DNA of 32,000 nt. Origin: Promethearchaeota archaeon. GTDB taxonomy: Archaea; Asgardarchaeota; Lokiarchaeia; Sigyniarchaeales; Promethearchaeaceae. The stretch covers positions 150,001-182,000 of the forward strand of contig JAFGBS010000009.1 in NCBI GenBank assembly GCA_016933055.1. Reading direction: 5' to 3'. The notes beneath the pieces are model-generated. The model worked only from the letters and a program-made list of their open reading frames with translations. It was not told the origin of the DNA and made no database searches. Shown here one piece after another: positions 25,456-32,000 of the stretch (position 1 is the first letter of the stretch; every line of letters begins with the position of its first letter). Both the position numbers and the translations under genes were made by a program.

Positions 25456-26604
25456 TCACTTCCCTTTTTTTTCGTGAAAATCATAATATACTTTTTCTAG
25501 ATAATCCAAATGTTTGATCGCAGTCTCTTTTTTAATGATTCCCTCTTCTTGATCCTTACGGATATTCTCTAACATATATTCAGGGTAAAATGGTCGAACT
25601 GCAACATCCGTGAGTAAAAATACCCACTCGACATTTTTGTTATCTTTAATTATTTTTAAAATATTGTCTTTCTCCATTACCGATAGCAAATGAGCAACAT
25701 CTAAGGCACCTTCATCTGTTCCTTTGGGAATCTTATTCAACGGGTAAGGTCTATCTCGGAATAGTGCTAAATAATCAAATTTATCTGGATTAGTCAAATT
25801 GCGAGCAAGAACCAGATTATCTTCTTCTGTTGGCTTATAGTCTGCGAAAAATTTCTTCACTTCTGAAAGATATTTTTCGGCGAGATTTGGGTTTGGTAAG
25901 TTATTTTTAGCGTTATCGATGAGATCAAACGCTGGAGCTCGAAATATTGTAAAATCTGAGATGAGGAAAAGAAAAACTTCCGCTACTCCTTCAATCCAAT
26001 CTTGTTTTACTAAACCACTTTTTACAAATGGATCTAGTGTGATATCAAGATTGGTAATGATTTTCTTTAATGACTCTTCCAGCAATGCTTGGAGTTGTTT
26101 CTTCGAGTAGGCACGTTCCCTAAGTAATTCTAGGATTTTTCTCCCTTTTTGACTATAATAAATCTGAGCTAGTAATTGCTCCTTCGTCAAATATTTCAAT
26201 CTTTCCAATAAGAACAGTGCATTTTTCAGATACTGTTTAAGTTTCTTCACTACTTCATAATTTGCACTGATACTTGTACCGAGTTGGCGGAGGTATTTCA
26301 AGATCGCTTCATTTATATCTTTAATTACAGCCTCTCCGAACATATCTGGATCCTCACCCAATTCCAATATGAGATTAATCATAAAGGGGGTAGGGGAATC
26401 CATGCCTGTGAAGTAGGATGCAACGTTGGACTGAACTTTTTCTAGACGGACCAAGACATTTCCCGCTTCTGCAACACCAGTAATATGAGCATAAAATACT
26501 CGCATCATATCATCTAGATCCACTTTCAATTCTTCGGGATAATTCAACTGCACAATTAAACCATCAGTATCGGTCCATTTTGTAACTACAAATCCTTTAG
26601 GCAT
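25456..26604 (-). CDS. Longin-like domain plus two winged-helix domains
   Basis: N-terminal MPKGFVVTKWTDTDGLIVQLNYP...SYFTG...FMINLIL is the Asgard longin/uDENN-like pattern. Two internally similar WH-like segments end in LVKQ..FLFLISD and ILKI..VFLLTD. Confidence 0.65.
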   Translation of the reverse strand: MPKGFVVTKWTDTDGLIVQLNYPEELKVDLDDMMRVFYAHITGVAEAGNVLVRLEKVQSNVASYFTGMDSPTPFMINLILELGEDPDMFGEAVIKDINEAILKYLRQLGTSISANYEVVKKLKQYLKNALFLLERLKYLTKEQLLAQIYYSQKGRKILELLRERAYSKKQLQALLEESLKKIITNLDITLDPFVKSGLVKQDWIEGVAEVFLFLISDFTIFRAPAFDLIDNAKNNLPNPNLAEKYLSEVKKFFADYKPTEEDNLVLARNLTNPDKFDYLALFRDRPYPLNKIPKGTDEGALDVAHLLSVMEKDNILKIIKDNKNVEWVFLLTDVAVRPFYPEYMLENIRKDQEEGIIKKETAIKHLDYLEKVYYDFHEKKGK

Positions 26605-26605
26605 T

Positions 26606-28222
26606 TTATTTGCTCCCTTCTATTTTCTTTTCTGGTATAGTTTTTTCTTCTGGGGGTGACATATCTTCATAACCCGACATGTCTTTTTTTGGAGCAGCTT
26701 TCTCTGAAGGCTGCGATGGTGCTTTTCTACTAGACTTATCTAGTAGACGTTTTTCTTCTTCAAAAATATTTCTTCCAATTGTGTTGGAGTCTTTTGTTTG
26801 CAATGGCTTGGTAGCCCTTCCATGTCGGATTTTTCGTCGTAGTGACTTTACAGTTCTAACTTGTGCGGGGAATTTAAAAATACCTTCATACAATCCGATT
26901 CCTGTAGCTAAGGCAGCAAGCAATCCTGCAGAACTATAAATATAAGGTTGCAAGTTCGTTGGAGGTGGGTCTGGCAATATAACTATATATGTTAGTTTGA
27001 GCACTACGTTATCTATGTAAATTCCAATCGGAGAATCTAATTCAAAATTATCCCCAATATACATTTGAATAGATACGGTAATATTTTCATCCAAACTAAT
27101 TAGTGATGTAACATTGTATCCATCAGGATTAGCAACTTGGTAAATATCTGTGGCGGCACTGATTTTGACCGTTTCATAGAGTTTCTTATTACTGACAAAC
27201 AATCGAAATTCCGAGTTTGGAGAAGCATCTGTTGGCCATGGGGTATCAATTTTGTACGAAAATTCAAAGGACGCGTCTCGAATCAAAACATTCGTGCTAT
27301 TAAGTGAATTCCCGATTCCATCCCAAGAAGCTGTTGTTAATTGGTTCATTTTCTTTTGATACGTGAACGATAAACTCACATTTTTGATATATATGTCATC
27401 AAAAAAGTCTTGATCGCTATTTCTATTATCCTCACAAAATATTCTGATCCCCACGGTTATTGTAAAGTTAAAATCATCCGTATTTAACACTGAAGTAAGA
27501 AAGAATTTCAGATTTTCTTCGGTGACAGTTGTTATTAATGTATCCTCCATTTGGTCGAATGTCCCCGCACTATCTTTACCGAGATCAGAAGTTTGATTAT
27601 ATGCAATTTCATACACTTTTTGCTTTGGTAAATCTGAAATTAGTAAATAATACCTAATGTAATCGTAATCTGCCGCTTGATGGACAGCATCTCCAGGAAC
27701 TTCAATTCCTCCAAAATCAGGATTGTTTGCATGAACGGTTGCATTGATTACAGCACTTACGGATGCAGAAGTGATTGTATAATCACTCATATTATTCGGC
27801 ATGCTAACATTATAATCAAAATGAACAGAAGGTGATTGGTCTGAACGCTGACCATAAGTGTCTCCCCAGTAATGAGAAACATAAAATCCTTCTGAAGTCA
27901 CATCATAATCATCTGGCAAATCTGGATAGGCTATATTGTTTACTGCTGTCCATGTATCAGAATTCAAAGGTGCATTTAGCTCCCATTCCAATTCCTCTCC
28001 AAGTAAATTATAAAGTGCCTCTCCTGAACTCGAACTAGTAGTAATATCAGATTCATCTCCTGCTATAGAAGTTGACCATTGAGAACTGATAGGATCATCA
28101 AAACCACTTATCCAAACTACATCTTCATAAAGTATTTCCCGAGCAGAAACTAAAGGAATTGTGCTTAAAAGACTAATCACACATAAAATGCCTATGCTGG
28201 TAATTAATAGGGATCTTTTCAT
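26606..28222 (-). CDS. Secreted, C-terminally membrane-anchored beta-rich surface protein (paralog 2)
   Basis: Signal peptide MKRSLLITSIGILCVISLLSTIPLVSA; S/T/D/N-rich beta ectodomain; PDPPP linker; TM helix; KFPAQVR..LRRKIRHG motif; charged cytoplasmic tail. Confidence 0.85.
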   Translation of the reverse strand: MKRSLLITSIGILCVISLLSTIPLVSAREILYEDVVWISGFDDPISSQWSTSIAGDESDITTSSSSGEALYNLLGEELEWELNAPLNSDTWTAVNNIAYPDLPDDYDVTSEGFYVSHYWGDTYGQRSDQSPSVHFDYNVSMPNNMSDYTITSASVSAVINATVHANNPDFGGIEVPGDAVHQAADYDYIRYYLLISDLPKQKVYEIAYNQTSDLGKDSAGTFDQMEDTLITTVTEENLKFFLTSVLNTDDFNFTITVGIRIFCEDNRNSDQDFFDDIYIKNVSLSFTYQKKMNQLTTASWDGIGNSLNSTNVLIRDASFEFSYKIDTPWPTDASPNSEFRLFVSNKKLYETVKISAATDIYQVANPDGYNVTSLISLDENITVSIQMYIGDNFELDSPIGIYIDNVVLKLTYIVILPDPPPTNLQPYIYSSAGLLAALATGIGLYEGIFKFPAQVRTVKSLRRKIRHGRATKPLQTKDSNTIGRNIFEEEKRLLDKSSRKAPSQPSEKAAPKKDMSGYEDMSPPEEKTIPEKKIEGSK

Positions 28223-29985
28223 TGGTTTCCTTCCCCCTTTGAGGTAATATCAAGATTAGTATCGGTTTTTGACGTATCAATAGATTTAGGTGGTTTGGGT
28301 TCGTTAATTTTATCTGCTTCAACATAGGACTTTGAGGAAGCTTCTTTACTTGCAGCGGTACTTTTTGTAGAAGATGTTTTCAGTTTTTTCTGAAGTTGTG
28401 TTTTTTCTGAAGCGTGTATCTCATTACTAATTGAGCTAGCATCCTTTTTTGTTAAGGGTTTCGTGCCTCGCCCCGTCCGTATTCTTCTCTTTAAATTACG
28501 TATGTGACGAACTTGAGCTGGATATTTGAAATGGCCCTCATAAGCACCAAATCCTACCCCTAATAATACCACTCCTCCCATTAACCCGTAAAGATATGGC
28601 CAATTACTCTCAGGTGGAGGAGCTGGAGGTTCAATTAATACATAGGCTACCCACAATTGTACATTTGTTATAGAAACTGTAATATTATCTGCAAGCGCAA
28701 ATTCATCTGCCAGATATAATTCAATTGAAAGTGTAATATTCACTTCCTTTTGAAGTAATTTCGTTACATTAAACCCTTCAGCCTTTGATTCTTGAAATGA
28801 AAAAGTTCCAGAACTTAATTTAATGGTTTCGTTATGCATATTTCCATTAATTCGAATCCGTAACTCCGAATTTGGGGAGGACAGCTCCCAAGGTGTGTCG
28901 ATCTTGAAATCGTATTTAACAATTCCATTTGTGATTTGTGCATTATCCTCAACGATGGAATTTCCTACTTGGCTCCAAGAAGCAGATGCGTCACGATTGA
29001 TTATTTTTTCATAACTGAATGTTAAATTATAAGATTTAATTAGTAAATCATCCCATGAATCATCATCGTTTAAAAAATTATCTTCGCACCATATTTTCAT
29101 TCCCATGGTAAAGTTAAAATTTCGATTATCCGTGGAAAGAACATCAGAAAGAAAAAATATTAAACTCTCTTCTGGAACAGTGAACAAATAAGTATCTGTT
29201 AAGCTATCATATGTTGTTGTCAAATATTCAGCATCCGAGGTATATACATCTTGTCCGAGAGGATAAGTATATTGTCCTGTTTGATACTGGGCGATTTCAT
29301 ATGATTTTGTATTGGTAAGATCAGAAACTAATGAATAAAATCTTACATAATCGTAAGTCGAGAATTGAGGTGTTGTCGCCTGTGATGGTGGAACATCCGC
29401 CACGTTAGTATAATCCCCATAAGCTTCAACTCCACCATTTCCATTACCGTAACCGTTATTGGCTTTAACAGTAGCGTTCACAATTACAGAGACATTTGCT
29501 GATGTAATTCTATAATCCGACATGTCAACAGGCATAGATATATTTCTAGTCCAATGAACTGAGGTTAATTGACCTGCTTCGGCTTCCGTCCAGAAATGTG
29601 TAACATACATACCTTCAGATGTGATATCATAATCGTCAGGGAATGTAGTTAATTCTGGATTTTGTACTACCGTCCAATTATCAGTATGTGGTGGATCTTC
29701 TGCGATCGAGAATGTGCGATAATCTCCCACTACCTTGAAATCAGCTTGCCCCGAAGTCGGGCTTTCTGCTATCAAATCAGTCAAATCTCCATTAACCGAA
29801 CTTATCCATTCGGGATCAATCGGAGCAATAAAACCGGGATTAACCATCCATTCCTTATCGGTTCCATCTTGAGCATTTAGTAAAGAGATATGGGAAAAAA
29901 ACGCAATAACGATAAAGAAAACTATTAATCGATAATATTTCTTTTTTATTGTAAACCCCTCTGTAGGTTTTGTTATCTTAATCAC
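28219..29985 (-). CDS. Secreted, C-terminally membrane-anchored beta-rich surface protein (paralog 1)
   Basis: N-terminal basic region plus hydrophobic signal. Collinear similarity to 26606..28222 (PDDYD.TSEG.YV.H.W, SMP..MSDY.ITSA.VS..NATV.ANN, YDY.R.Y.L.SDL, SPNSE.R). PPAPPP linker, TM, KYPAQVR..LKRRIRTG. Confidence 0.85.
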   Translation of the reverse strand: MIKITKPTEGFTIKKKYYRLIVFFIVIAFFSHISLLNAQDGTDKEWMVNPGFIAPIDPEWISSVNGDLTDLIAESPTSGQADFKVVGDYRTFSIAEDPPHTDNWTVVQNPELTTFPDDYDITSEGMYVTHFWTEAEAGQLTSVHWTRNISMPVDMSDYRITSANVSVIVNATVKANNGYGNGNGGVEAYGDYTNVADVPPSQATTPQFSTYDYVRFYSLVSDLTNTKSYEIAQYQTGQYTYPLGQDVYTSDAEYLTTTYDSLTDTYLFTVPEESLIFFLSDVLSTDNRNFNFTMGMKIWCEDNFLNDDDSWDDLLIKSYNLTFSYEKIINRDASASWSQVGNSIVEDNAQITNGIVKYDFKIDTPWELSSPNSELRIRINGNMHNETIKLSSGTFSFQESKAEGFNVTKLLQKEVNITLSIELYLADEFALADNITVSITNVQLWVAYVLIEPPAPPPESNWPYLYGLMGGVVLLGVGFGAYEGHFKYPAQVRHIRNLKRRIRTGRGTKPLTKKDASSISNEIHASEKTQLQKKLKTSSTKSTAASKEASSKSYVEADKINEPKPPKSIDTSKTDTNLDITSKGEGNQ

Positions 29986-30145
29986 ATTATCTTTGTTTTA
30001 AATTAATTTAAATTTTCGTTAGAGAACTCATAACTCTTCAAAAGAGATCGGGAATTATTTGAAATAATCACTCTATATTAAGATATTATCAAAAATGATC
30101 ATAAAAGAAATAAGTCGACCTTTAAAATTAAGGTATGAATAACTT

Positions 30146-31483
30146 TTACTCTACAGTGTTATGTTCCTTGTTCCGTGGATTGTACAAAATTTTTGCCGTG
30201 TTCAATCGATCAGATTTATGTTCTCTAAATACCCCTCCGATCCTTACTGATAAATCTTCAAAACTATACTTGAATTTAATTAACTCCCACAATTTCAAAG
30301 CTACGAACCAGAATCCGACTACGATCATTAAATACGAAATGTTCATGATGACATTGCCCATTACCGCATCAAATTCTCCACTTAACTCCCCAAAGCGTGA
30401 GTGAAAGATGTTACTCCACAAAATATTCCATAAAGCTTCTAAACAATAAATCGTCAACGAAAGCATTCCGAAGCGACGTATAAAGATACTTCTTTTTACC
30501 GTTTTCTCACCAGATTCAAAATCAAATTTTCTGAAAAACCACGGGATCCACAATAACATCAGCCCGAGATTTATAAATGAGAGATCTGGGGGTATGTTCT
30601 TGTATCTAAATAAGTAAGTAATAATATCTGTAGAAATAGTAAATAGGTGATATCCTACTAGTAATAATCCAACAATGAGGAAAATCAATCCCAGTTTTCT
30701 GCAATAGCGCTTAACGGCTTTATAAGGACGATCTTCCGCTAAAAAAATACCGATCACAATTCCAATAAGTGCATATCCTGCATAAGGCAGTACACAGTGA
30801 AGGGATCCTGCTATAAAAGAGAGGAAAAATGCTGGTACATAATACAATCTACCCATTTCCAAATAAGATAAAAATAAGGGATTTAACCATTCCCATAGTG
30901 CCTTAGAAATGGTTAACCACACAATAGCAAATATTGTGAGATTACGTATATTTATGTTTTTTGATTCCTCAAACCGATCTTTCCGCCACATGAATAATAA
31001 AGTAAAACAGGAAATTAATCCTGAACTTGCAATCATAGATAACGCATCGGCTTTAAAGAAGATTTCAATCTCCGGCAGACTAAATGCTCTTTTCTGAATT
31101 GAACCAGTGAAAAGGGAGTACAATTGATGATCACCCGTTAGAGCAGGAGTTGCCATAACAAATAATCCCATGTAGACAAAATGAAAAAGCAAGATCAATA
31201 AATTATTTATGATAGATGGTCTCACACTTCTCCAGATAGAATTACCTGCATCTTTTCGGTGGTAAACGATATAAGAATTTGCAATACCAGTAATTAATGC
31301 GAATAATCCTGCCCAAGTGCCTAAATAAAGCATTGGGGCAAATATGACTAGGGGTGAACGTGGAAGATATTCTACTGCATTTCCTTCACCGAGAAAAATT
31401 CCGAACACGATACCATGTGCAAAAACGACCCCAAAAATAGCTAAGCCTCGAATAAAATCGATACTTAACAGTCGTTTAGACAT
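30146..31483 (-). CDS. Multi-pass membrane protein of the DUF1624/HGSNAT-like (transmembrane acyltransferase) clan
   Basis: N-terminal RLLSIDFIRGLAIFGVVFAH, about 10 hydrophobic helices and C-terminal G.LSLTIYCL motif. Confidence 0.65.
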   Translation of the reverse strand: MSKRLLSIDFIRGLAIFGVVFAHGIVFGIFLGEGNAVEYLPRSPLVIFAPMLYLGTWAGLFALITGIANSYIVYHRKDAGNSIWRSVRPSIINNLLILLFHFVYMGLFVMATPALTGDHQLYSLFTGSIQKRAFSLPEIEIFFKADALSMIASSGLISCFTLLFMWRKDRFEESKNINIRNLTIFAIVWLTISKALWEWLNPLFLSYLEMGRLYYVPAFFLSFIAGSLHCVLPYAGYALIGIVIGIFLAEDRPYKAVKRYCRKLGLIFLIVGLLLVGYHLFTISTDIITYLFRYKNIPPDLSFINLGLMLLWIPWFFRKFDFESGEKTVKRSIFIRRFGMLSLTIYCLEALWNILWSNIFHSRFGELSGEFDAVMGNVIMNISYLMIVVGFWFVALKLWELIKFKYSFEDLSVRIGGVFREHKSDRLNTAKILYNPRNKEHNTVE

Positions 31484-31562
31484 TGATCAGATCAATGATT
31501 ATTCTAATAAATATCTATTTGAAATATTTTGTTTTGAAGAAAAAATTAGTAAAGAAAAGGAA

Positions 31563-32000
31563 TTAAAGCGTTTTTGTGGATTTCACGTTAAGCTCGTCTA
31601 TATTTAGTCTCATTTTAGTTAACATATTCACTTGATCTGCTCGTGAGGGGATATTTAGTTTCTTTATTCTTGCACCTCTTCGGATTTTTCTTCTTATGCT
31701 ACGTATTTTTCTCACATGGACAGGAAATTTAAGAATTCCTTGATACAAGCTAAATACAATAAAAAGTACTGCTATTCCTCCAGCAAGGCCTGCTGTCAAG
31801 GGTAAATAATTGGGTGGTGGTTCTGGAATCGGATCAGGGGTGAATATCATATAAGAGATCTTAAAATAGATGTTATCGATGAATATTGTGTAATTAAGCG
31901 TATTCTCAAATTCATCCGCAATATATAATTGGAATGAAACTGCCACGCTCAAGTTTGGAGTCAATAAATCCTTTAAAGCTCTTCCACTAAATTCAATTGT
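31563..32000 (-). CDS. C-terminal part of a third membrane-anchored surface protein of the same family (runs off window end)
   Basis: The frame is open to position 32000. VSFQLYIADEFE...IFIDNIYFKISY, PDPIPEPPP, TM and KFPVHVRKIRSIRRKIRRG match the two paralogs. Confidence 0.85.
   Translation of the reverse strand, partial: TIEFSGRALKDLLTPNLSVAVSFQLYIADEFENTLNYTIFIDNIYFKISYMIFTPDPIPEPPPNYLPLTAGLAGGIAVLFIVFSLYQGILKFPVHVRKIRSIRRKIRRGARIKKLNIPSRADQVNMLTKMRLNIDELNVKSTKTL

Noticed and set aside
25456-26604. Possible ESCRT-II subunit (tandem WH as in Vps22/25/36)
   Set aside because: The N-terminus is longin-like rather than GLUE or coiled coil, and there are no Vps25 PPxY motifs or ESCRT neighbours. 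Not formally excluded without profile searches.
487-31607. Numerous short ORFs antisense to or nested in long genes (e.g. 487..777, 1044..1289, 4831..5133, 10496..10861, 24003..24572, 26679..26939, 30135..30404)
   Set aside because: Shadow ORFs fully overlapping well-supported genes, with no recognisable motifs.
1-32000. Mobile elements, integrases at tRNA 3' ends, rRNA or origin (ORB) repeats
   Set aside because: No transposase or integrase ORFs, terminal inverted repeats, duplicated tRNA 3' ends, GC-rich rRNA-like tracts or ORB clusters were seen by eye.

Overview
AT-rich, gene-dense archaeal chromosome segment, very probably from an Asgard archaeon (Lokiarchaeia/Promethearchaeota-like). 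The assignment is inferred from a Vps28-like protein, longin-like proteins, SepSecS, methanopterin genes and intron-containing tRNAs. Housekeeping genes include secY with an EMC3/TMCO1 (DUF106) insertase, cmk, rpl14e, rtcA, nadM, pncC, an EndoQ-family nuclease, SepSecS, mptA/folE2 and RFAP synthase (mptG). There are two tRNAs: tRNA-Ser(GGA) with a canonical 37/38 BHB intron, and tRNA-Arg(CCT) with an unusual D-loop intron. Interspersed are several candidate eukaryotic-signature proteins: a cytosolic all-beta protein with mu-adaptin/delta-COP (MHD)-like motifs next to a longin-like plus helical-repeat protein; a Zn-ribbon-Yip1 membrane protein tightly linked to a Vps28 homologue; and a longin plus tandem winged-helix protein with NPRL2-like architecture. 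The best candidate for an undescribed system is a tightly coupled minus-strand operon (29985 to 23984) of two paralogous membrane-anchored surface proteins, the longin-2xWH protein and a TrmB-HTH/long coiled-coil/PLD-fold regulator. No CRISPR array, transposase or rRNA was seen. All family assignments come from motif recognition by eye; no database searches were run.
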